Part shown: positions 1 to 11,774 of the stretch, piece by piece
How positions within the stretch are numbered: the stretch's first letter is position 1
How the letters are laid out: each line of letters starts with the position of its first letter
DNA from: Octopus sinensis
Taxonomy: Eukaryota
Assembly: GCF_006345805.1 (NCBI RefSeq)
Contig: NW_021832481.1
Span: forward strand, 1 to 30,455
Length of the DNA stretch: 30,455 bases
Direction: 5' to 3'
Position numbers and translations under genes: made by a program
The notes under the pieces: model-generated
Database searches by the model: none
What the model saw: only the letters and a program-made list of their open reading frames with translations
Told to the model about the DNA's origin: nothing

Positions 1-690
1 TGCCGTTGGTGTCATCTTCACATTATGGATAAGCGTTAGGATTAGGGTTATTGATAAAGTTCACATTATCTGTGAAGCAGAGATTCAAGATGTTATTACC
101 CCTGGTTGGCTAGAGTATCGCTTGTCCCATGAACAGCATATTGGAAAGTTCAAGTAATGATTCTACATGACTTTGTTCATGCAGTGACCTCTCAAGAGAA
201 GATGTGGCCTTCAGGTCATTTAACATATGAGAGGTTGAAGTCACTCAGGAAGAGTATATGGATATGTTGGCCCAGGCTTGTCAATACCTCTTCCATGTAA
301 CTGAGCGTATCCTCAATTTTACCATCATGTGTCGAGGCATTTGTTGGACGATATGTTATGCATATAACTTCAATTAGCTCTATAAGTATTCTTAAGGTGT
401 CACAAACTGAGTTTGAGTGTCACAACAATACAAGGGGTGTGATATCTTCGCGAATGAACATAGCAACTCTTCCATGGTTTCTTTCTCTCCTGTCCGTTCG
501 AAATACAACAGACCCTGGTATGTATATTTATATATATGCATCTGTTATATTAGAGTTTAGATGCGTTTTTATAAGCGCTATGAATATTGCTTGAGTGCAT
601 ACTGCAATTTCAGATAGAAATTTTACCTTTGTTACTGAATTGTGGCACACCTCCTACGATATGGGTGCGATGTCTAGGTAGTTGTTACTA
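1..690 (-). mobile_element. Decayed non-LTR retrotransposon (CR1/L2/Jockey-type) ORF2 apurinic endonuclease fragment, running off the window start
   Basis: Manual minus-strand translation gives ...KVKFLSEIA..FIALIKTHLNSNITDA..IPGSVVFRTDRRERNHGRVAMFIRED..SNSVCDTLRILIELIEVICITYRPTN..ILFLSDFNLSYVK*..(frameshift)..PTRGNNILNLCFTDN. These match the APE-like endonuclease motifs ETHL, FRxDR..GGV, YRPP, GDFN and PTRxxNxLDL in order. Several stops and a frameshift. Confidence 0.9.
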
Positions 691-1210
691 ATGTTATTGG
701 TGGACATCTTCGGTCCGTCATCTATGGTTGTCTTGTGTATTGAAATGCATGGCTTTAATTTTGCATCTTTTGTATCCATGTCAGTTGCTGTACTATCGTC
801 TGGGTCATGCTAAAAACAAAGACTGTTGCTCGATAGCTGCAGTTCACATAGCCTATACATATAGACTTTTGAGGGGTGCTGACAATATGGTTGATTCCTT
901 TCCTTATTCTTATGAGACCTGTTTCTTCTTGTTGGTGTTCAGGTCCATACTGGAAGATCTCCCTCTTTTAGCCTGCAGGTCCATACTGGACGATCTCCCC
1001 CTTTTATAATTTTGCTGGGTTTTTTCTAGGCGGCTACCCTGCTTGCTATTCTGATGAGGCTTGAAATGAGCAAAGCTATAGTTTGTTTCCTTTTCACAAT
1101 ACCAGCAGGTGTCATTTAAATAGAATTTCCAGCCAATCCGGACTCTGTCAGTTTCTATCCGTGTGCTTGGTTGTTGTTGTATGTGTGTGTGTGAGTGAGA
1201 GAGAGAGAGT

Positions 1211-1472
1211 AGGCGCGTGACCTAGTGGGTAGGCTGTTGCACTAACGATCTAGAGATCATGGGTTCGATTCCCAGACCGAGCGACGCGTTGTGCTCTTAT
1301 GCAAAATACATCATTTCACGTTGCTCCAGTCTCCCTTTCGATCAGGAGTGAATGTTGGCCTGCTCGGCAAGACAGCGAGGCGGCGCCATTCGAAAGCTAA
1401 AACAATGCAAACGCATTGTGAGGAGCGATGTGTAAAAAATATCTGATAGTCTCATCGGTCACGTGGATCACG
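1211..1472 (+). mobile_element. tRNA-derived SINE, head family A (CORE-like central block), tail type 1
   Basis: Pol III A-box-like TGACCTAGTGG and B-box GGTTCGATTCCC, then GTTGTGCTCTTATGCAAAA..TTTCACGTTGCTCCAGT shared with the copy at 4417. Flanked by microsatellites. Confidence 0.8.
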
Positions 1473-1485
1473 AGGTATGCACATA

Positions 1486-1488
1486 TAA

Positions 1489-1566
<78 letters not shown>

Positions 1567-1700
1567 TACTACATGCATATATATATATAATAATAAAGAT
1601 ATATATATATATGTTTGTGTGTGTGTGTGTGTGTGTGCGTGTGTGTGTGTGTGTGTGTGTGCGTTGTGTGTGTGCGTTTTGTGTGTCTGAGAGAGAGAGA
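1486..1700. repeat. Compound (TA)n/(CA)n/(TG)n microsatellite
   Basis: Directly visible dinucleotide runs. Confidence 0.95.
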
Positions 1701-2010
1701 ATTCACATAAAAAACAAAAGAACGAAGAGCCGTGGTGTAGACAACAAACAATGTATTATATAAAACGCTCGGGACACACACACAACCTAAATAAGCTTGC
1801 TAGACGAATTTAAACCAATTATGTTCTTTCTTTCTCGCTCCTCTTTCCTCTCTCTCGCTCTCTCTCCTCTCTCTCTCTCTCATATACATAATATATGTAT
1901 AACAGAAGAGAGAGAAAAGAATATTTGGGTTTTAATTGCGTCTAGCAACCTTATTATAAGTATGTGCGCGTGTGTGTGTGCGTGCGCGAACGCGAGCGTA
2001 TTTATATACA

Positions 2011-2220
2011 AGAAGAAGAGAAGAGGGAAAAGAAGAAGAGAAGAAGAAGAAGAAGAAGAGAGAAGAAGAGGAAGAAGAAGAGAAGAAGAAGAAGAAGAAG
2101 AAGAAAGAAGAAGAAGAAGAAGAAGAAGAAGAAGAAGAAGAAGAAGAAGAAGAAGAGAAGAAAAGAAGAAAGAAGAAGAAGAAGGAAGAAGAAGAAGAGA
2201 AGAAGAAGAAGAAGAAGAAG
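2011..2220. repeat. Interrupted (GAA)n polypurine tract, ~210 bp
   Basis: Directly visible; only A and G on the + strand. Confidence 0.97.
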
Positions 2221-2685
2221 GCTATGGATGCTGTGATCCTCCAATGCCTTATACTCGAAGGCAAAGATAGAGCGTTTACAATTCACGACTGAAACGTCTT
2301 TGATCATGACTAATCTGTAGTTATGTTGGAAAACAACAAATATTTGCTCCACGATTTCCTTGCAAACAGTGAAGTCGAACCGATTGTATGATTCTCCGAA
2401 TTTCCTAAAATTTCAGCGCATTCGGATGGAAGCTAGCGACTCATGGTTACGATGTGAACCTCTTAAACAATCGATCATGTCTGTTCAACACAAAAGCTAC
2501 TCGCAAATTATCTATTATTGCTGGGTGATGGCATACACCATCGAGCGCTACCTATTGAACGGTAACAAATACACCATTTATATTATTTCTAGTTTTTAAT
2601 CTTACCTACAGACAGCCAACTGAATATTAATCCTCAAAGACAATCAATGGTAGCTAACCGTGCGTAGACACTGGATACATGAATA

Positions 2686-2720
<35 letters not shown>
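2686..2720. repeat. (CAA)n microsatellite
   Basis: Directly visible. Confidence 0.9.
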
Positions 2721-2723
<3 letters not shown>

Positions 2724-3128
2724 GCCACAAGTACAGCAATAAAAACAACAATCACAACAGCAGTATTCGGGTGTTTGATTGGAAAAACATTTATGGAGTG
2801 TGAAATGCCAGTTGACTGAAGTCCAAATAAATAGCTTTGTCATAAGAACTATGAAAGAGATTAGAAGATTTCCATAGAGATGCTCGCAGACACTACTACA
2901 TTAAAAGACAATGCAAGTTTAGATTAAAGCCAAGCTAAATTTATACCACCACTCCTCAGTTTTAACATTTCCTTCGCCCAACTGTACTAAGTCACCTCAT
3001 CATAGCTGTTCATAGAAATAGCTCAATTTACTGAAAGCGTTTATATGCTTCTGTGTATCTGTGAGTGTGTGTGTGGTGTGTGTGTGTGTGTGTGTGTATA
3101 CATAAACACACACACGTATATATATAAA

Positions 3129-3993
3129 CAGGGTGCGGTGAATAATCTGACGTCTAAATTAGGCAAAAATAAAAATAACACTGACATCTCATTTTAACAA
3201 TTATATTTACCAAAATTACAGAAAAATATCTTAAAAGAGTAAATCTATATAATAAAATCGTTATTGGTTTCAACCACGGTCTCCAGACCACTTCGGAATC
3301 TTCTGCAACTTGTTTAAGTTGATGACTACTGCCATATCCTTCCCTTCACTTCATATTTGGTGTTACAAGGAGTTTTGCTGATCTCTCGCTCAAGTGTACC
3401 CCACTTATAATAATCAAGGTGATTGCAGCCTGGGGAGTTAGGTGGCCAGATGTTAGGGTGATGTGCTCGCAGAAATTGTTTGACAGTCATGATTGGGTTC
3501 ACCTGCTCGTGTGACATGGTGCAGAGCCCTGTTGTCAGAAAATAAAATCATCTAGCAGCCACCCTCTTGACCCAGAGCAGCACTACCTCCACCAGGCATT
3601 TGATAAAGGCCTCCGTGTTGAGTCTGAGGCTATGTGGGAAAATGAACGGATGCATAACATTGCCATCACTAGTGATCACTCCAAACACCATGATGTTGAC
3701 TGGATGTTTGATTTTCATCACTCTCGGCGCATGTCCTCAGATAGCACTGTCCTCAGATTGGCACCCAAACACACTGAAATGTTCGTATTAAAGCTTCCTG
3801 CGCGAATGCCAAGCCGTACAGCATGTCGTTTCCAAATCTCTGACAGAATGAATTGCGCCATGGTTCGGTGTGTTTTTTCACAGACAGTGCCCAACTGACC
3901 CTACTTTACTGTGTAGTCGATAATCAAAAACAAACAATGCGCATGTGCGAAATTAGAAATATAAAACGGTGACAATTTACCCATCGCACCCTG
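3129..3993 (-). mobile_element. Internally deleted, decayed Tc1/mariner transposon (DD37D/maT-like)
   Basis: Terminal inverted repeats CAGGGTGCGGTG (3129) and CATCGCACCCTG (ends 3993). Minus-strand remnants: MAQFILSEIWKRHAVRLGIRAG..., KHPVNIMVFGVITSDGNVMHPFIF..LNTEAFIKCLVEVVL..QQGSAPCHTSR..WPPNSPGCNHLDYYKWG..CRRFRSGLETVVETNNDFI*. QQDSAPCH and WPPNSPDxNPLDY are maT/DD37D hallmarks. Confidence 0.92.
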
Positions 3994-4300
3994 TGTATAC
4001 ATATATACATATACATTTATATGTATTCACTCACACACCTATATACAGAGAGAAAGTGGGAGGAGGGAGAGAGATAGAGTCATTTGCCCACCTCTGCTGA
4101 CCCACCAACTGGAGGGTATTAATGTAGGGTCGAAATACCCAATGATCGATGAATACCGTCTGATGACATTAGTTACTCCTGACCAAAGCACCATTCACTT
4201 TGATGAGTGGAAAGAAGCGCCTTTTTTATAGCTGTTATCAATATGTATACGATACATTTTTCAGAAAGTATATACATGTACGTGTTTGTGCGTGTACGTT

Positions 4301-4410
4301 TGTATGTATGTATGTATGTATGTATGTATGTATGTATGTATGTATGTATGTATGTATGTATGTATGCATGTATGTATGCATGTATGTATGAATGTATGTA
4401 TATGTATGTA
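4301..4410. repeat. (TATG)n microsatellite
   Basis: Directly visible. Confidence 0.95.
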
Positions 4411-4416
4411 TAGTGA

Positions 4417-4750
4417 AGGCGCGTGACTCAGTGGTTAGAGCGTCGAGCTAACGATCTTGAGGTTGTGAGCTCGAATTCCGGACCGGGCTGCGTGTTGTGT
4501 TCTTGAGCAAGACGATTTATTTCACGTTGCTCCAGTTCACTCAGCTATTAAAATGAGTTGCAATGTCACAGGTGCCCGACTGTATCGGCCCTTGCCTTTC
4601 CCTTGGATAACACTGGTGACGTGGAGAGGGGAGGCCGGTATACATGGGTGACTGCTGGTCTTCCATAAAAAACAATCTTGCCCAGGCTTGTGCCTTAGAG
4701 GGTAACTCTCTAGGTGCAAGCCCATGGTTTGTGTCTGACCGAAGGGGGTC
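4417..4750 (+). mobile_element. tRNA-derived SINE, head family A, tail type 2
   Basis: GGCGCGTGACTCAGTGGTTAGAGCG (A box), GCTCGAATTCCGG (B-box-like), CORE-like GTTGTGTTCTTGAGCAAGAC..TTTCACGTTGCTCCAGT. Similar to 1211 up to CTCCAGT, unrelated afterwards. Confidence 0.85.
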
Positions 4751-5075
4751 ACAACACAACAACACATATGTATGTATATCTGGATGTATAAAACTGTCTA
4801 GGAATAAATTTTTGCGTCACCATTTATATTTATAGATGTCTTTATACAACATTTTTTATAAATTATATAAGTGATATAATGTGTCCATATTTTGTCTTTT
4901 TTTATTACACGTTCGAATTAAAGAGATTTTAGCCAACTCCTATTCTGCAGAATTACTTCTGGAAATATTTTGGAAGTTGCATCTCTAAAGCTTTGTCTTT
5001 CTGAGTACTAACACGGTGTTCACCTATAGTACGCTTATACTAGTATATTTTCCCCATTGAATGTATGTGTGTGTA

Positions 5076-5335
<260 letters not shown>

Positions 5336-5689
5336 TGGTGAAGATACAAGGTTCAGTGATCAGAGTGTCATATTTTCATCATTGTTTCCAACAGATCCAG
5401 CTTTAGTAATATACAATGTAGCTTCAAATACCAAGAGAGCAGTCTCCTGACGATCGAGAATGAGAAACTCCGGATAGTGTTGAATACTATATATATGCCG
5501 GTGTTAGTTTATAATCGAGTGTCTATATAGAACGTATGTTTTACTGGTCTATGAATGTATATATCGGTGTAAAGATTACCGAGCATTTGTGATTTGAATC
5601 CATAAGTAAAATTCATTCATACACACATAAAAAAATTACTCGGAAACACAGGTATCGCTGTACAGAGAGAGAGGGGGGGAAAGGGAGAG

Positions 5690-5908
5690 ACAGGCAGACA
5701 TAGAGAGACAGATAGACAGACAGGCTGGTAGGTAGGTAGGTAAGTAGGTATTTAGGTAGGTAGGTAGGTAGGTAGGTAGGTTCGTAGGTAGGTAGATAGG
5801 TAGGTAGGTAGGTAGATAGGTAGGTAGGTAGGTAGGTAGGTTGGTAGGTAGGTAGGTAAGTAAGTAGGTATGTAGGAAGGTAGGTAGGTAGCTAGCTAGC
5901 TAGATTGC

Positions 5909-6004
<96 letters not shown>

Positions 6005-6005
6005 A

Positions 6006-6089
<84 letters not shown>

Positions 6090-6090
6090 G

Positions 6091-6180
<90 letters not shown>
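5690..6180. repeat. Compound tetranucleotide array (GGTA)n-(GATA)n-(GACA)n-(GATA)n
   Basis: Directly visible. Confidence 0.97.
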
Positions 6181-7533
6181 GAAGGCAATAATTAATATTG
6201 ATAGAGCATAGGGTGCCCGCATTTTTAGGTAGTTTATTACAAACACCATGAATTTGATCAGACGGGTCAACTTAAATGAAACTTCTCGGGAGGAAAGTTA
6301 ATGGAAGCTAAACGCATAATTTCCGATACGGAAAGCTTACAGTAAGTGGATTACTGAAGTAGCTAGTTAAGCGTGAATTGATGGAAGCTATTATAGATAA
6401 TAAATAATGCTGGATAGGCATGAAAGGAAAAATTAGATTTGAATCGCTTAGAACTGACGTTAGAAAATACTAAATTAGAGAAGAGTTAGGTGATGTGTGT
6501 GGTTATTCAATCAGACCGAAAAGTTTAGGAGAGAGGGGAGTGTCCAACTAGAGATGGCGGAATTTCAAGTTACTTTGACTGTTTGCTACAATTCCAAATA
6601 GTGGCAGTAATGTGATGTGAATGATCTATACCAGCAGCTGAAATAGAGGACTTAATGAGTGGCTGTGCGTGGAGAAAAATTGCTAGAACTGAATAGTTAA
6701 CTATATGAAGTCTTTTAGTTTCTGAGCAAATATTTAACGCAATTGGTTGTAAACTACGAGTATCGTTTGTGTGTGCTTGGAAGTAACCAGACTGTTGTTG
6801 TAAATATCGTCCACAAGGATCAAGGACTATTATCTTTCTATGCCATAATTTAGTTAGATGCAGAGTTGAAGATTTTTTTTTTTGTCTTTTTTTTTTTTTT
6901 GGTCCAGTTGTCGTAAAAACATTACTAAGATAATGTTGCAAAATCCATACAATGAGGACAATTTAAACGACTATACATGACGGCTTCTATCTCCTGCGAT
7001 GTATCATAGAGCGGGTTTGGTGAGTTCCTATCAACTCAGATAGGCTGGATGTGTTCGACTTAGTTTAACATCGACGCCTGGCATGTGTCCTAAGCGCAAT
7101 CAGGACCTGCCTTTAGAAGTAGGAACTCTGTGATGCACAATGACATCAGTGCAAGTTATAGATGGACGTTCTGAAAACTGCTTGATGAAGACGGAATGTT
7201 AGTTTTGTTTAGCTCCAGATCAACTCTGGTGTAGTAGGTCCATGACAAACTGCATCCGGTTGTAATTGTACCATCTTTTTTGAGGAGTCAATGACAGCTA
7301 ATGGACGCTTTTATGTTTGTGTGATTAGGAAGTAAAGAACCACGAATTTGATCCCACAGCGCCATACGTTGGCCAAGTATCACATATCATATCCTTGGGA
7401 CGACCAGAGCCCAACGATTAAAATCTAGTTGTCGGAAAGACCGTTATTGTGTTCTTGGGTGGTAAACCTAATAGGCCGCCGTATTTTACAGCAGTCTGGC
7501 TCCTGCATGCTTTTATCAGTCTACTTTGTTGAA

Positions 7534-7748
7534 GGTGAGCTGGCAGAAACGTTAGCATGCCGAGCGAAATGCGTAGCTGTATTTCGTCTGCCGTTACGTT
7601 CTGAGTTCAAATTCCTCCGAGGTCGACTTTGCCTTTCACCCTTTCGGGGTCGATAAATTAAGTACCAGTTACGCACTGGAGTCGATGTAATCGACTTAAT
7701 CCGTTTGTCTGTCCTTGTTTGTCCCCTCCGTGGGTAGTAAAGAAATAG
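7534..7748 (+). mobile_element. tRNA-derived SINE, family C, tail C1
   Basis: GGTGAGCTGGCAGAAACGTTAGC head, B box GAGTTCAAATTCC, core GAGGTCGACTTTGCCTTTCA..GGGGTCGATAAATTAAGTACCAG, tail ..GGGTAGTAAAGAAATAG. Near-identical to 21191 but with a short tail deletion between CCCCT repeats. Confidence 0.92.
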
Positions 7749-8287
7749 GTATTCGGGTTAGGTCTCTGAGAAGAAGACAGCTTATCTCCTTCCTCCTACC
7801 GCTCTTGGATTCCCCGAAAAGGGCCATAAGCACTCCCTTACACTTTTCCCGCTCTTTAGTAAAACATTAAAAACTGACATCTATTTGTTATTTAAAAGAA
7901 CACAAAATTATTTTAGGTAGATTAGGCTGTTATTTCTCTCAAACCAAGCAACCACGTAGAAACCCACTGGTTGGCTGATAAAGAAGGTTCAATGTAAAGT
8001 ATGAGAAAGGAAGGGAGAGAGCGGTAAACATGCCATAAATCAACGCGCACAAGATGAGAAGATATCTGATGACGTTATAGAAACTACTGGAAGCTACATC
8101 TACAGATAACAGCAGCAAAGAAGACAGAGAATTATGACTTAGTCGCTTCAATAGACATTATATCAAAACATGGTGGCAGTAAAACCAGCTGCTTTCAGGG
8201 AGAAATTTGAGAAAATTTGTAGTGGTGCTAGTGGTGATGTTGATATCGATACTGGTCGCAGTGCTGCAGCTACTACAACTGCTACTG

Positions 8288-8312
8288 ATGATGATGGTGA
8301 TGATGATGATGT

Positions 8313-8371
<59 letters not shown>

Positions 8372-8378
8372 GATGCTA

Positions 8379-8432
<54 letters not shown>

Positions 8433-8517
8433 CTGATGCTGATGATGATGATGGTGGTGGTGATGGTGGTGGTGGTGGTGGTGATGATGATGATGATGAT
8501 GATGATGGTGGTGGTGG

Positions 8518-8575
<58 letters not shown>

Positions 8576-9060
8576 GGTGGTGGTGGTGGCGGTAGCGGTG
8601 GTGGTGGTTGTGGTGGTGATGATGTCAGTGGTGGTGCTACAGGTCGTTGTTATTACCATAATGATGGTAGTGGGGTACTGCTAATGATGGTGATGGTGGT
8701 GCTACTGCTGGTGACTGTCTCGTTGGTGATGGTCGTTATTATTACTGAGCCTATAGTGGTGGTGGTTGTGGTGGTGGTTGTGGTGGTGGTTGTGGTGGTG
8801 GTAGTGGTGGTGGTGGTGTGGTGGTATGGTGGGTGGTGTGGAGTGTGATGGTGGTAGTGGTGACGTGATAGGCGGTGTGAGGTGTGGGTGGTGGGTGGTG
8901 GTGGTGGTGGTGGTGGAGGTGGTGGTGGTGGTGATGTGATAGGTGGTGGTGGGGTGATGTGATAGGTGGTGGTGGTGATGTGATAGGCGGTGTGGGTCGT
9001 GATGGTAGTGGGGATGTGGTGGGTTGGTGATGGGCGATGTGTGGGTGGCGCGATGGTGGG
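8288..9060. repeat. (GAT)n/(GGT)n trinucleotide low-complexity block
   Basis: Directly visible. Confidence 0.95.
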
Positions 9061-9420
9061 ATTGTTGCTACCTGTTGGCAGTGCTGTCGGGAGAGGCTGA
9101 GGTGGTAACGATGATGGTGATGTTGTAGTGATGAAAAAAAAAAAAGATGTTAGTTATGTTTTGTTGGCGGTTGTGATGATGATGATGATATGTTTTATAT
9201 CGTTATAAGTTTAGCAGTAGAACGAATATGAAGCTGAGTCTACGTGATAGAACCATAGTAACAGTAGGAAGAATATGAAAAGGACGGAAATTAAGGTGTG
9301 CCAAGATTATAAGAGCTGTGCCTAGAAGTGATATGAAAAGACTGGGAAAGGAATGACAGAAAAATAGAGCTCCATATAGACTCTACACTCCCAAGTACCA
9401 CACTTTTAGACTACAAAAGA

Positions 9421-9451
9421 TTGTTGTTGTTGTTGCTGCTGCTGCTGCTGC

Positions 9452-9497
<46 letters not shown>

Positions 9498-9722
9498 GGT
9501 GGTGGTGGTGTGGTTGACGCAGTTGGTATTTTTCGACGTGGTCGTGTTTATTGTGGTTGTTGTTGAGAGTGATGTGATTACCGTCATTGGATTAGATGTG
9601 ATTTCCTGTGATTCATGTGATTTATGTGATTCGTGTGATTCATGTGGATGACGTAGTTGGTGTTGATGGTTGATGTGGCTGAAGTGGCTGGTAGATGTGA
9701 TTCATATTGTTGATTGATTGAC

Positions 9723-9773
<51 letters not shown>

Positions 9774-10340
9774 CCTGGTTGCTGATTTTGATGTCGTTGA
9801 AGTGATTGGTGTTGGTATGGCCGACCAGTAGTTGATGTTAATTTGTTTGTTGTGTTTGATGTTCATGTTGTTGATGCGGTTGATGTTGATTGTCACCGTG
9901 TTTGATGTGATTGATGTTTTTGAAGTGGTTGATGCTGATATGGTTGACGTGGTAGAAAATCTAGTTGATATCGATGTGTTTGATGTTGATGTTCTGATTG
10001 ATGTGGTCGATGTTAATATGAATAATGTAATTAATGTTATTTCTGTTGGTGATACGCTCTGTATTAACCGTATCATGATATGGTTAAGGTGGTTAATTTT
10101 GACCTTTTTTATGTTTATACAGCCGTTGTGCTCTTGTGATTAATGTGATTGATGTTGATGTGGTTGGTATGGTTGGTATGATTAATTTTGATGCGGTTAA
10201 TTTTGATATTGTTGTTATGATAATGATGTGGATGTTGGCAGAGCTGATGAAGTTGATGTGATTGATGTGACTGATGTTGTCAGATATTTGAAGTTGATGT
10301 AGTTGAAGCTAAAGTAGGTGAAGTTGATGTAGTTGCTGTA
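9421..10340. repeat. (GTT)n/(GCT)n/(GGT)n, (TTGA)n and degenerate GATGTT/GTGATT cryptic repeats
   Basis: Pure runs at 9421-9510 and 9705-9772; degenerate 3/6/9-bp periodic sequence around them. Confidence 0.85.
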
Positions 10341-10374
10341 GTTCAGTTCGAGTTTTAAGTCAGCATCAGCCTAA

Positions 10375-10830
10375 AAGCATAGATAGGAGGAAATTCTAGA
10401 CTCCGGGAGAAAGGATTTGGTAAATATTCAATTCAAGATTTTGGGGATGAAAAATAATACTTGAAGGGTAACACTTGAAGAATAGGATAAGTTTACGAAG
10501 ATGTTGTTGTTCACAGAAGCAGAAACCATTATAGTATTCATAAAAATATGATAGTTGGCTAAAGAAAACAGCACATCTGTAAAACAGGGATTCGTACCTG
10601 GTGATGAACGACTTTTTGTCAGTCAGCTAAGTGACATCTTTTGGGATGATTATGTGCTTATCAGCAGTTTATAATGTCTCAGTTATTTGAGACTATCACC
10701 AATGCGGGTTGAACTTCAGCTCTTTAGAGAGGCAAAGACCGATGAGAAATAGAATCTTTTCCAAGAAAATGTCTCGTTTCTGTTCAGTCGTTATAATTCC
10801 GATATGACAACATTATATGTGTGAAGTCTG
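10375..10830 (-). mobile_element. Probable heavily decayed Penelope-like (PLE) reverse transcriptase N-terminal remnant
   Basis: Ordered minus-strand motifs, allowing frameshifts: LSKELKFNP (10731-10705; cf. LSKGLKFxP), SNN*DII..ADK (10678-10657; cf. NNxDIIIKPADKG), *LTDKKSF (cf. QLSD), FFIPKI (10453-10436; cf. FYxLPKIH), PESRISSYL (cf. PTExISxYL). Motif comparison is from memory. Confidence 0.5.
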
Positions 10831-11774
10831 TATTAGAGATTGTCAGAGATTGAGACGTAGCAGTTATAAGGGGTTTGTTGGGTAATAGTTCTTGTTGCAT
10901 GCCGTTCATGTCTGATGATAGTATAATTGTGTAGTAATTAGAACAATATAAACAAATCCTTATTTAGAAAAGCTTTCAAAGCATCTAATGATGAAAGCAA
11001 GGTAGATTTGAAATAAAGATGGGTGTAGACGGAAGAAAGTGAGAGGCAAAGAATTTTAAACGAGTGATGTAGAGCATAAAGGAATAAGAAAGAGGGGAAG
11101 ACACAGTGAGTAGATAGTGATTGTTGTAGTGATTATTAATATTTTATGAGTAGATAAGCTATTGTAGTGATGGATCAGAAGTTTTGAGGTATTAATAGAT
11201 CACAACATGGCTTCCAAATGTGTTTCGTTGTGTTTATGTTCCAATTTTCTGTTAATTGCCATACAAGTGACTAATACCTCAATACAGAGACTCACGTGTA
11301 TCTCATCTGTGGAGTTTTTCAGAAAAGGAAGTCGATACAACTCACTGCTTTGTAGAATAAACAATTGTTATACACAATTAAACTTGAGGATATCAGTTTA
11401 CATATAAATAACAACATGTAGGAATAATTTCAAAACAAAAATGATATAAACGCATATGGACAGTAACTTTCTTTGTTATTTGACAATGAATAAATGTTAC
11501 AAATGAACGGAGAAAAATTGCTATTCCTACCTTTATTTGAACCTTCTTCAGGTGTGTTTAGAATCTTTGTATTATAAATTTAGTCGATCGGATACTGAGA
11601 ACAGATTGTGTCATTTTTAGGTGCTTGCCATGTCTAAGTAGACAACAGAATTGTCAAGAAGAGTAAGTGTAGAAATTGAAGTTAACGCTGCTGTCGTTAA
11701 TTTCGACTGACAGCTTACACTGTGTAAGATAGTTAAAATGCCCATGTGCTATTATATTTGCTACAGCGAACATT

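Noticed and set aside
1428-2352. Cluster of 70-157-aa ORFs (poly-E/R/K/F/S, YI, CV)
   Set aside because: Read-through of TA, TG and GAA microsatellites; no unique coding content.
2606-2670. Minus-strand exon-like segment CCAG|65 nt|GTAAGA
   Set aside because: Stops in all three frames and the acceptor comes from a (TTG)n repeat.
5340-5480. Minus-strand peptide HYPEFLILDRQETALLVFEATLYITK, faintly like a Penelope GIY-YIG C-terminus; also a good + acceptor at 5394
   Set aside because: Too short and no catalytic motif seen; no matching donor with an open frame.
6200-6941. 123-aa minus ORF and faint resemblance to a decayed CR1/Jockey endonuclease
   Set aside because: No diagnostic motif (YRPP, GDFN, SDH) is intact; the start lies in a poly-T run. 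Needs a frameshift-aware search.
6975-7415. Probable old SINE debris, including a family B-like piece at ~7350-7412
   Set aside because: Too diverged to set boundaries or family from this window alone.
8207-8848. 213-aa ORF, the longest in the window
   Set aside because: Poly-M/D/G/V from GAT and GGT repeats.
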